Assembly (NCBI GenBank): GCA_035948415.1
Contig: DASZJD010000036.1
Span: forward strand, 1,034-65,033
DNA: 64,000 nt
Direction: 5' to 3'
DNA from: Acidimicrobiia bacterium
Lineage (GTDB): Bacteria > Actinomycetota > Acidimicrobiia > IMCC26256 > PALSA-555
Below the pieces are notes generated by a model. That model saw nothing but the letters and a program-made list of their open reading frames with translations. It did no database searches and had not been told where the DNA came from. Every line of letters starts with the position of its first letter. Position 1 is the first letter of the stretch. The position numbers and the translations under genes were made by a program. Shown here in pieces: positions 8,499 through 15,238 of this stretch.

Positions 8499-9671
8499 GT
8501 GAGGAAGCCCGGACTGGACGGGTCGGCCTGGCCGTCCGAGCGTCAGGAGCTGCTGCTCCGCGCTGCGTTGCTCGATCGGGACGCCGCCGGCGCGGCATGG
8601 GCCGAGCTCGCCCCGGACCTGCACCCCGACCGGCCCGACGAGGACCCTGAGGTCCTGCGTCTCCTCCCGCTCGTGCACCACAACCTTCGTCGGGCCGGAA
8701 TCACGGACCCGCACGCGGATGCCCTTGGCGCCGCGACGCGCCAGAACTGGTACCGGACGCGCACCGTCCTGGCGGGCGCGGCGCCGGCGCTGTCGTGCCT
8801 CCTCGCGGCCGGCGTCCCGACGATGGTCCTGAAGGGTGCACCGCTGGCGCTCCGGTATTACGCCCACCCGTCCCTCCGCTTCTTGAGCGACGTCGACGTC
8901 CTCGTCCCGACCGCGGCGGCCGAACCGAGCCTGGACCTGCTCACGGCCGCCGGATGGCGCCGCCAGAGCCCGATCCCTCGCCGGCGCCTGTTCCGGGCCC
9001 GGCACTCCGAGAACCTCGTCCACGACGAGCACGGCAACCTCGACCTGCACTGGCGCCTCTCGATGCCCCTCGTGCTGGCCGCTGACCGCGAGCGCTCCGA
9101 GGAGGACTTCTGGCAGGCGGCCGAGCCGCTCACGGTGGCCGGGGTCGAGACCCTCGCCCCCTGCCCCGCCGACCTCGTCCTCCACGTCTGCGTCCACGGC
9201 GCGTGGACGCTGTCTGAGGCCACGGCGCGGTGGGTCGCCGACGCGATGACGGTCATCCGGTCGACCGGAGACCGGATGGACTGGGACCGTCTCACGACCC
9301 AGATCGCGCGGCGTCGCGTCGTCATCGGGCTCCGCAACGACCTGACCTACCTCGCACGGGACTTCGGCGCACCAGTGCCCGGAGCGGTGCTCGAGCGCCT
9401 CCGGCGCGCGCCGGTGAGCCGACGCGAGGCGCGGACGTACCGGTCGTTGACCCGGTCGCTCCCACGCGGCGGGCTCCGCGAGACCGCGGGGCGGTTCCGC
9501 GGCTACTGGCTGGAGAAGACGGGGGCGCTGCCGCGCTGGCGCCAGGTCCGCGAGCTACCCGGCCATCTGGAGGACCACTGGGGTCTCGCCCACGCCTGGG
9601 AGATCCCGCTCGAGGCCGTCGCTCGGCTCGCCCGTCACCTCGGCCTGGCCCGCAAGGCCGGGGCCGACTGA
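8499..9671 (+). CDS. uncharacterised nucleotidyltransferase family protein (NTP_transf_5 / PF14907-like)
   Basis: The motif is MVLKGAPLALRYYAHPSLRFLSDVDVLVPTAAAEPSLDLLTAAGWRR. It has a GTG start and is convergent with the hydroxylase genes. Confidence 0.7.
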   Translation: MRKPGLDGSAWPSERQELLLRAALLDRDAAGAAWAELAPDLHPDRPDEDPEVLRLLPLVHHNLRRAGITDPHADALGAATRQNWYRTRTVLAGAAPALSCLLAAGVPTMVLKGAPLALRYYAHPSLRFLSDVDVLVPTAAAEPSLDLLTAAGWRRQSPIPRRRLFRARHSENLVHDEHGNLDLHWRLSMPLVLAADRERSEEDFWQAAEPLTVAGVETLAPCPADLVLHVCVHGAWTLSEATARWVADAMTVIRSTGDRMDWDRLTTQIARRRVVIGLRNDLTYLARDFGAPVPGAVLERLRRAPVSRREARTYRSLTRSLPRGGLRETAGRFRGYWLEKTGALPRWRQVRELPGHLEDHWGLAHAWEIPLEAVARLARHLGLARKAGAD

Positions 9672-9678
9672 GCCGGGG

Positions 9679-9694
9679 CGCGCCGCGCGGCGCG
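9679..9694. terminator. perfect 16-nt GC palindrome between convergent genes (candidate bidirectional terminator hairpin)
   Basis: CGCGCCGCGCGGCGCG is its own reverse complement. It lies in the 32-nt gap between stops at 9671 (+) and 9704 (-). There is no U-tract. Confidence 0.3.
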
Positions 9695-9703
9695 AGCAGC
9701 CGG

Positions 9704-10618
9704 TCAGCGAGTGGCTTGGTGTCGCGCCCGGCGTAGCGATCGGACGCGCGCGACGCCGGCCGAGAGCTTCCGCCGGGCGCCCGACGACAGCATCCGGAAC
9801 CGGATCCAGGCGTGGAGCGCCCGAACTTTCGCCCGGTCCCGGTGCAGCCCTTCGCCCGGCGGGCGGGGACGGAGTCCGAGGCGACGGAGCCGGCTGTTCC
9901 ACGCGTGGACCTCCTGGGTGCGGTTCGCGGCCGCGGTCGTGACGCTGCACGACAGCGCCACCGAGACGTCGGTGCCGCCGATGACCCAGTGGAAGGCGTA
10001 GGGCGGGATGTAGAGCGCGTCGCCGGGCCCGAGCACGAAGCGGGTGACGCGCTCGGGGAGCCGGTCGAGGTTGAGGACCGCCGGCCCGTAGCGACGCTCG
10101 ACCTGCCGCTGGCCCTCGGAGGCGTCGCTGAACTCGCCGATGAAGAGCTCCTTCGTGCCCTCGAGCTGGAGCAGGACGTTGTGGTTGTGGTCGACGTGGG
10201 CTGGAACGACGGCGCCGGGCGACGCGATGAGCGCCAGCGACTCGCTCGGTCCCAACGTTCCCTCCGAGGTCGGGATCGCGGCTCGGATCGGCTCGACCCA
10301 GCGCTCGACGAGCGCGTCGTACGGCGTGGCCGTGTCGATGTGCCAGAGGACCATCCAGCAGTGGTTCTCCTCGATCCCCTCGATCACCGCTCGGGCCGAC
10401 AAGGGCAGCCGTTCGGCCTCACCGGTGGGCAGCACGAGGGGGAGGTCGGCGCGGTGGTGCTCGACGAGGTTGCCAGGATGGACCTCGGCGACCGCGGCCA
10501 GGGCCTCTCTCGACAACGACGGATGACCGCTCAGCCCGTGCCGCAGCTGGAGGGGGCGGCGCCCGATGGCGCCCCGCAGGGCTGCCGGGTCGAGTCCGAC
10601 CAACGCGTCCGTGGTCAT
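9704..10618 (-). CDS. JmjC/cupin 2-oxoglutarate oxygenase, FIH-like (paralog 2)
   Basis: ATG 10618 forms an ATGA overlap with the upstream stop. Motifs are VPAHVDHNHNVLLQLEGTKELFIGEF (HxD ... K) and the distal His in PPYAFHWV. Confidence 0.7.
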   Translation of the reverse strand: MTTDALVGLDPAALRGAIGRRPLQLRHGLSGHPSLSREALAAVAEVHPGNLVEHHRADLPLVLPTGEAERLPLSARAVIEGIEENHCWMVLWHIDTATPYDALVERWVEPIRAAIPTSEGTLGPSESLALIASPGAVVPAHVDHNHNVLLQLEGTKELFIGEFSDASEGQRQVERRYGPAVLNLDRLPERVTRFVLGPGDALYIPPYAFHWVIGGTDVSVALSCSVTTAAANRTQEVHAWNSRLRRLGLRPRPPGEGLHRDRAKVRALHAWIRFRMLSSGARRKLSAGVARVRSLRRARHQATR

Positions 10619-11490
10619 CGCCCAGCGCTCGCGGAGCGGCGTCGACGCAGCCAGCGGACGGCGAGGACGATCCTCGCCTTCGTCCAGTCCGCCAGCCGGG
10701 ACTCGGCCGGGCCCCGAGGACGGAGGCGCAGCTCGCGCAGATGACGGTTGGCGAGGTGGACCAGCTCGGCCCGCTCGCTGTCGACGGTGGAGAAGCTGGC
10801 GGACAGGGCGGTGGACGGCTCCGGCCCGCACCGCACCCAGTGGATGGTGTACGGCGGCAGGAAGAGCCCCTCACCCGGGCCCAGCTGGATGACCCGGACC
10901 TCGTCCGGCATCGCGGCGAGGTTGAGGTGGCGGCCGAAGTTGCGCTCGATCTCGGCGAGCTCACGGTCGGGGTCGGTGAAGGCCCCGATCATCACCTCCT
11001 TCGTGCCGACGAGCTGCAGCAGGAGGTTGTCGTGACGGTCGCAGTGGGCCGGCACCGTGGATCCGGGCGAGCCGCAGAACAGGGACGCGTCGCGTCGAAC
11101 CATGCCCCCGCCGTAGGAGCCGAGCACCCGCTCGGCCTGGTCCAGGGTCTCGCGAACGAGCGGTCCCACCTTGGGCGTGTGATGGACGTGATAGAGGCGG
11201 ACCGACAAGCAGCGTCGAGCGAGGTCCTCGAGGGCCGCGCCGCCGTCGGGGTACGGGAGCGCCCGAGGGGGTGGGCTGAGGACAGGGAGCTCTCCGTCGT
11301 TGACCGTGATCCAGGCTGACGGCAGGCGCCGTCCGATCTCCCCGAGGGCGGAGGGTTCGAAGTCCGCGAACGCTGGTGCCTGGTGCGCGAAGCGCAGCGG
11401 CTGCGCCGCAGCAGCAGCCCGGCGCAGCTCCGCGGGCTCGACGTCGAGCCACTGCCGGCGATCGACCGGGCCGAGGTGGTCCACGTTCAT
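10615..11490 (-). CDS. JmjC/cupin 2-oxoglutarate oxygenase, FIH-like (paralog 1)
   Basis: Motifs are VPAHCDRHDNLLLQLVGTKEVMIGAF and PPYTIHWV. ATG 11490 (MNVDHLG) follows a GAGG; the track start is GTG 11505. Confidence 0.7.
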   Translation of the reverse strand: MNVDHLGPVDRRQWLDVEPAELRRAAAAAQPLRFAHQAPAFADFEPSALGEIGRRLPSAWITVNDGELPVLSPPPRALPYPDGGAALEDLARRCLSVRLYHVHHTPKVGPLVRETLDQAERVLGSYGGGMVRRDASLFCGSPGSTVPAHCDRHDNLLLQLVGTKEVMIGAFTDPDRELAEIERNFGRHLNLAAMPDEVRVIQLGPGEGLFLPPYTIHWVRCGPEPSTALSASFSTVDSERAELVHLANRHLRELRLRPRGPAESRLADWTKARIVLAVRWLRRRRSASAGR

Positions 11491-11492
11491 CG

Positions 11493-11517
11493 CGGCGCGC
11501 CTCACCGCGGCGCGCCG
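11493..11517 (-). promoter_or_regulatory. GC hairpin over the RBS/start region of hydroxylase paralog 1
   Basis: GGCGCGCC (11494-11501) and GGCGCGCC (11509-11516) are self-complementary 8-mers separated by 7 nt, and the flanking C/G pair extends the stem to 9 bp. On the mRNA this sits immediately 5' of ATG 11490 and includes the GAGG. Confidence 0.4.
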
Positions 11518-11631
11518 GGTCTACTCCGGGTGCCAGGGCGCGGCCGGCCGCTCGACCACCGGTCCGGCGCGTGGCCCCGACCGCTCGGCCACCTCAGGTG
11601 GGGGAACGGCACCCGTCGTCGGATCGATCGG

Positions 11632-11754
11632 CTAGCGGTCGCTGGGCCGCCAGATCGGCGTGCAGCGAACTTGGCTGGCGCTGATCGTGTTGAGTGGCTC
11701 GGTGACCGGCGTCCGGTCTGCGACCGCCGGCGGCTCGTAGCTCTCATCTCGCAT
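11632..11754 (-). CDS. repeat peptide H (single unit, 40 aa)
   Basis: The product is MRDESYEPPAVADRTPVTEPLNTISASQVRCTPIWRPSDR. It is absent from the track because it is under 60 aa. GGGAG lies 11 nt upstream, and it overlaps ORF G by 11 nt. Confidence 0.5.
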   Translation of the reverse strand: MRDESYEPPAVADRTPVTEPLNTISASQVRCTPIWRPSDR

Positions 11755-11920
11755 CGTGGTCTCGCTCCCTCGTCGTCGCCTGAGGTCCTTCACGCCCGTT
11801 CTTCCTGCGCCACGCGAGGGTCAGCGGCGGCACCACGACACTGTGATTGATCGTGTTCAGCGGCTCGGTCACCGACGTCCGCCCCACGACCGCCGGTCGC
11901 TCATAGCTCTCGTCGTGCAT
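11744..11920 (-). CDS. repeat peptide G (single unit + divergent tail, 58 aa)
   Basis: The product is MHDESYERPAVVGRTSVTEPLNTINHSVVVPPLTLAWRRKNGREGPQATTRERDHDAR. The SD is GGGAGGAGGGAG, upstream of ATG 11920. It is absent from the track. Confidence 0.5.
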   Translation of the reverse strand: MHDESYERPAVVGRTSVTEPLNTINHSVVVPPLTLAWRRKNGREGPQATTRERDHDAR

Positions 11921-11972
11921 GGCTCTCCCTCCTCCCTCGCCGTCGTCCGTCCGGGGACGGTTCTCGGACCGC

Positions 11973-12224
11973 CTACGAGTCGTGGCGCGTCGGCCTCCAC
12001 GCCGGGGTGAGCGGCTGGCTGCTGGTGGCCGCGTTCAGCGGCTCGCTGACCGAGGTGCGCTCCACGACCTCCGGCGACTCGTACGCCAACGCGGTGGGCT
12101 CGTCCCCGTCGTGCGGGCGCCAAACCGGGGTCCGCACGCCGCCGCTCGTGCTCACGACGTTGAGTGGTTCGGACACCGGCGTCCGGTCGTCGACCCGCGG
12201 CCGCTCGTAGCGTTCTCCTCGCAT
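11973..12224 (-). CDS. repeat peptide F (two units, 83 aa)
   Basis: Track ORF. The units are YERPRVDDRTPVSEPLNVVSTSGGVRTPVWR and YESPEVVERTSVSEPLNAATSSQPLTPAWR. The SD is GGGAGGAG. Confidence 0.65.
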   Translation of the reverse strand: MRGERYERPRVDDRTPVSEPLNVVSTSGGVRTPVWRPHDGDEPTALAYESPEVVERTSVSEPLNAATSSQPLTPAWRPTRHDS

Positions 12225-12264
12225 CCAACTCCTCCCGCTGCTGGCACCGATGCCGGGCGAGCAC

Positions 12265-12519
12265 CTAGTGCTCGCGCTTCGACCTCCAGGCCGGAGTCTT
12301 GAACACCTGGCTGCTGCTCGCCGCGTTCAGCGGCTCGCTGACCGGGGTCTGCCCCGCGACGCGGGGCGGCTCGTAGGCCGCGGGCTCGTCGCCCCGGGCG
12401 GACCCGTGCCAGGCCGGGGTGGCAAACGGAACGCCGCCGCTGGTGTTCACCGCGTTGAGGGGCTCGGACACCGACGTTCGGTCGTCGACCCGGGGCCGCT
12501 CGTAGCTCGCTTCTCCCAT
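12265..12519 (-). CDS. repeat peptide E (two units, 84 aa)
   Basis: The internal ATG 12519 (MGEASYERP...) is preceded by AAGGAGGA; the track ORF extends to 12543. It has two repeat units. Confidence 0.65.
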   Translation of the reverse strand: MGEASYERPRVDDRTSVSEPLNAVNTSGGVPFATPAWHGSARGDEPAAYEPPRVAGQTPVSEPLNAASSSQVFKTPAWRSKREH

Positions 12520-12564
12520 CGGATTCCTCCTTCGTACTCGCAATGGTGGCCGCAGCCGCGTCGG

Positions 12565-12825
12565 CTACAGCTGGTCTGGCTTCGTCCTCCACGTCGGTGT
12601 CGGTACCGAGTTGCTGTTCGTCAACGTGTTCAGTGGTTCGCTGACCGGCGTGTGCTCCTCGACCCCCGGTCGCTCGTAAGCCTCGACCGCGGGCTCGTCC
12701 CCCGCGGCACGGGACCGCCAGGCCGGGGTGAACGCCACACCCTGGCTGGTGTTGATCACGTTGAGCGGCTCGGTGACCGTCGTCCGGTCCTCGACCCGGG
12801 GTCGCTGGTAGCGGTCATCCTGCAT
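12565..12825 (-). CDS. repeat peptide D (two units, 86 aa)
   Basis: Track ORF. The product is MQDDRYQRPRVEDRTTVTEPLNVINTSQGVAFTPAWR...YERPGVEEHTPVSEPLNTLTNSNSVPTPTWR. The SD is GGGAGGA. Confidence 0.65.
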   Translation of the reverse strand: MQDDRYQRPRVEDRTTVTEPLNVINTSQGVAFTPAWRSRAAGDEPAVEAYERPGVEEHTPVSEPLNTLTNSNSVPTPTWRTKPDQL

Positions 12826-13120
12826 TGCCGTCCTCCCTCGTCGATGGCGGCCGCCTGCGGTCGGGGTCCGCCGTTCTCCATAACGGGGTGCCGGCGAGCG
12901 GGTTGCTGTTCGTCACCGCGTTCAGTGGCTCTCGGACCGGTGTCTGCCCTGCGACCCCCGGTGGCTCGTAGGCCTCGGCCACGGGCTCGTCCCCCGCGGC
13001 GTGCGACCGCCACGCGGGCGTGATGTTGATGACGCTGTGGCTGGTGTTGATCGTGTTGAGCGGCTCGGTGACCGTCGTCCGGTCCTCGACCCGCGGTCGC
13101 TCGTAGCGGTCATCGTCCAT
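12815..13120 (-). CDS. repeat peptide C (two units + extended tail, 101 aa)
   Basis: Track ORF. It has two units, and its tail runs 11 nt into ORF D. The SD is GGGAGGA. Confidence 0.65.
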   Translation of the reverse strand: MDDDRYERPRVEDRTTVTEPLNTINTSHSVINITPAWRSHAAGDEPVAEAYEPPGVAGQTPVREPLNAVTNSNPLAGTPLWRTADPDRRRPPSTREDGNAG

Positions 13121-13147
13121 CGCAGTCCTCCCGTCTGGGCCCGCCCG

Positions 13148-13423
13148 CTAGCGGTCGGGCTCGTCGTCCGGTTGCGTCGTCCGCCACGCCGGGGTGTTTG
13201 TGAGCGGATTGCTGTTGGACACCGCGTTCAGCGGATCGCTGACCGGTGTCTGCCCCGCGACCCCGGGTGGCTCGTAGGCCTCGGCCACAGGCCCGTCCCC
13301 CGCGGCGCGCGACCGCCAGGCCGGCGTTTCGGGAAGGCCATGGCTGGTGTTGATCGTGTTGAGCGGCTCGGTGACCGTCGTCCGGTCCTCGACCCGCGGT
13401 CGCTCGTAGCGGTGATCGTCCAT
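13148..13423 (-). CDS. repeat peptide B (two units, 91 aa)
   Basis: Track ORF. The product is MDDHRYERPRVEDRTTVTEPLNTINTSHGLPETPAWR...YEPPGVAGQTPVSDPLNAVSNSNPLTNTPAWRTTQPDDEPDR. The SD is GGGAGGA. Confidence 0.7.
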   Translation of the reverse strand: MDDHRYERPRVEDRTTVTEPLNTINTSHGLPETPAWRSRAAGDGPVAEAYEPPGVAGQTPVSDPLNAVSNSNPLTNTPAWRTTQPDDEPDR

Positions 13424-13450
13424 CGCAGTCCTCCCGTCTGGGCCCGCCCG

Positions 13451-13708
13451 CTAGCGGTCGGGCTCGTCGTCCGGTTGCGTCGTCCGCCACGCCGGGGTGA
13501 CCGTGAGCGGATTGCTGTTGGACACCGCGTTCAGCGGATCGCTGACCGGCGTGTGCGCCGCGACCGCCGGCGCGTCGTAGTCGTCGTCCCCCGCGCCCGA
13601 CCGCCAGGCCGGCGTGGTGGGAAGGCCATGGCTGGTGTTGATCGTGTTGAGCGGCTCGGTGACCGTCGTCCGGTCCTCGACCCGCGGTCGCTCGTAGTGG
13701 TCGTGCAT
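13451..13708 (-). CDS. repeat peptide A (two units, 85 aa)
   Basis: The internal ATG 13708 (MHDHYERP...) is preceded by GGAGGAGGAG; the track ORF extends to 13837. It has two units and the same C-terminus as B. Confidence 0.7.
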   Translation of the reverse strand: MHDHYERPRVEDRTTVTEPLNTINTSHGLPTTPAWRSGAGDDDYDAPAVAAHTPVSDPLNAVSNSNPLTVTPAWRTTQPDDEPDR

Positions 13709-14037
13709 CGCAGCTCCTCCTCCCTGGGACGCCCACTGGTGGTCGTCCGATGCCCTCTGTCTCGGGGTGAGGAACGCGGCTCGCGTCCGGTCTCGGCGTT
13801 CTCCGGGCCGGGAACAGGGGCGTGCTCGTCCTCGCACGCCACCCGTCGCCCCCGACGGTGCCCCACCCTTCCCCGTGCCCCGCCCTTCCGGGTTCGTCGA
13901 TCGAGCTCGACGTCCGCCCGCCGCTATCGCCGGCGTTGCCGCCCTTGCCCGACGCTTGCCCTCCGCCGCATCGATCGGGACTTCACTACGCTGCGTGACA
14001 CTAGAGGCCGCGGATCCCTCAGGGCAAGGACCAATCG

Positions 14038-14988
14038 GTGCCAGATCTCGATCGCGTCGTCACGCTGGGTGACATCTCGTTACGCCTCGTGGCCGCGGAC
14101 GCGGCCGGGGCCGCCGCGCTCGAGCTCAGCGTGGGCCCCGCGGGCGTGTCCGCCCCGGGGGCTGCGGCCCCCGTCGGGACGGTGCGCGCCGGGGGGGCCG
14201 CGCCGACGCTACCCGAGCGACCGCCGGATCAGGTCTACGACGACCGCCGGGTCTGGCTCGAGCACGACGACCTCCTGTTCTTGGACCTGACCGGCGTCGT
14301 CGCCCGGTCCGGGCCCACGACGGCGACGATCGGCGGCGGTCCGGGCCGCGAGCTCGCCGCCCTCGGGATCCGGCGGCTGTTCCTCTGCGCGGTGGGCCAC
14401 CTGCTCGGCTTCCAGGACCGGCTCCTCGTCCACGGGGGCGCGGTCGTCGTGGACGGCCGGACCGTCCTTGTCCTCGGAGAGAGTGGGAGGGGCAAGTCGA
14501 CGGTCGCCCTGGCCGCCCTCGAGCAGGGGTGGCCGGTCCTGTCGGACGACCTGGTGATCCTGCGGCGCGCCGAGGACGGCATCGACGTCGCCGGCGTGCC
14601 CCGGCCACCGACGGTCCCGACGGACCTGCAGGCCGAGGTGGAGGGCGCGGCGCGACCGGTCGCCGACGACCCGCGGGGTCGGGCCCAGCTCGCCCCCGAC
14701 GTGCTCACGGGCGGCTTCCACCGCGTCGGCGCGGTCGTCGTCGTGGGCCACGGGAGCGAGCCGCTCGGCGAGCTAGCGCCGGTCGCCGGGCGTCACGTCC
14801 ACCTGGTGCTCGTGGGCTCGTTCCCCGCCGCGAGCCACCCCGACCAGCTCCGGCGGGCGCATCCGGTGTTCGCGGAGCTGACGCGGCTGCCCTCCTGGGC
14901 GCTGCGGCACGGCACCGACGCCGCTCGCCGTCTGGCGTCGACGGCCGCGGCGATTCGCGGGCTCAGCCTGGCGGCGACCCGTCGCTGA
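14038..14988 (+). CDS. HPr kinase/phosphorylase C-terminal-like P-loop kinase (HprK-related)
   Basis: It has a Walker A motif in VLVLGESGRGKSTVALAALEQGWPVLSDDLVIL. The GTG start is divergent from the peptide array, and the 3' end overlaps the PqqD-like gene by 26 nt. Confidence 0.65.
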   Translation: MPDLDRVVTLGDISLRLVAADAAGAAALELSVGPAGVSAPGAAAPVGTVRAGGAAPTLPERPPDQVYDDRRVWLEHDDLLFLDLTGVVARSGPTTATIGGGPGRELAALGIRRLFLCAVGHLLGFQDRLLVHGGAVVVDGRTVLVLGESGRGKSTVALAALEQGWPVLSDDLVILRRAEDGIDVAGVPRPPTVPTDLQAEVEGAARPVADDPRGRAQLAPDVLTGGFHRVGAVVVVGHGSEPLGELAPVAGRHVHLVLVGSFPAASHPDQLRRAHPVFAELTRLPSWALRHGTDAARRLASTAAAIRGLSLAATRR

Positions 14989-15238
14989 GCAGCCCGAGGC
15001 TGGACAGCTCGTCGAGGAACGACCGCACGTCCGCCTCGACCTGCGCCGCCGGCATTGACGGATAGCGGTCGAGGACCACGCGGCACAGGTCCGGGAGGTC
15101 TCGGCGACCGTCGAGCGCGTCCCACACCAGCGTGCCGACCGCGTTCAGGGTGATGAGCTCGGTTCCGGCAGGATCGACCAGGACCGCTCGGTCTTCGACG
15201 AGGTCCGACACCACGTCGGGGTTTCGGCCCGGCGCCAC
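14963..15238 (-). CDS. PqqD family protein (RiPP recognition element-like)
   Basis: The motif is VLVDPAGTELITLNAVGTLVWDALDGRRDLPDLCRVVLDRYPSMPAAQVEADVRSFLDELSSLGLL. The start is uncertain: GTG at 15238, 15214 or 15211, or ATG 15316. Confidence 0.65.
   Translation of the reverse strand: MAPGRNPDVVSDLVEDRAVLVDPAGTELITLNAVGTLVWDALDGRRDLPDLCRVVLDRYPSMPAAQVEADVRSFLDELSSLGLLSDGSPPG

Larger units (their letters stand above)
11632..13708 (-). repeat. tandem array of 8 paralogous small ORFs (14 peptide repeat units)
   Basis: The coding repeat has a ~120 nt unit and a ~285-303 nt gene period. A 67-nt block (ggctggtgttgatcgtgttgagcggctcggtgaccgtcgtccggtcctcgacccgcggtcgctcgtag) occurs identically three times, near 13040, 13343 and 13630. 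Confidence 0.9.

Noticed and set aside
11632-13708. CRISPR array or non-coding tandem repeat
   Set aside because: The repeat period (~120/300 nt) and the absence of short identical repeats with unique spacers do not fit a CRISPR array. Each unit has an SD and a start codon, conservation is at the amino-acid level, and no cas genes are present.
11632-13708. N-glycosylation sequon (N-T-S) in the repeat (…INTS…)
   Set aside because: It is present only in some N-terminal-type units. It is absent from the C-terminal-type units and from unit F1 (VVSTS), so it is not a conserved feature of the repeat.
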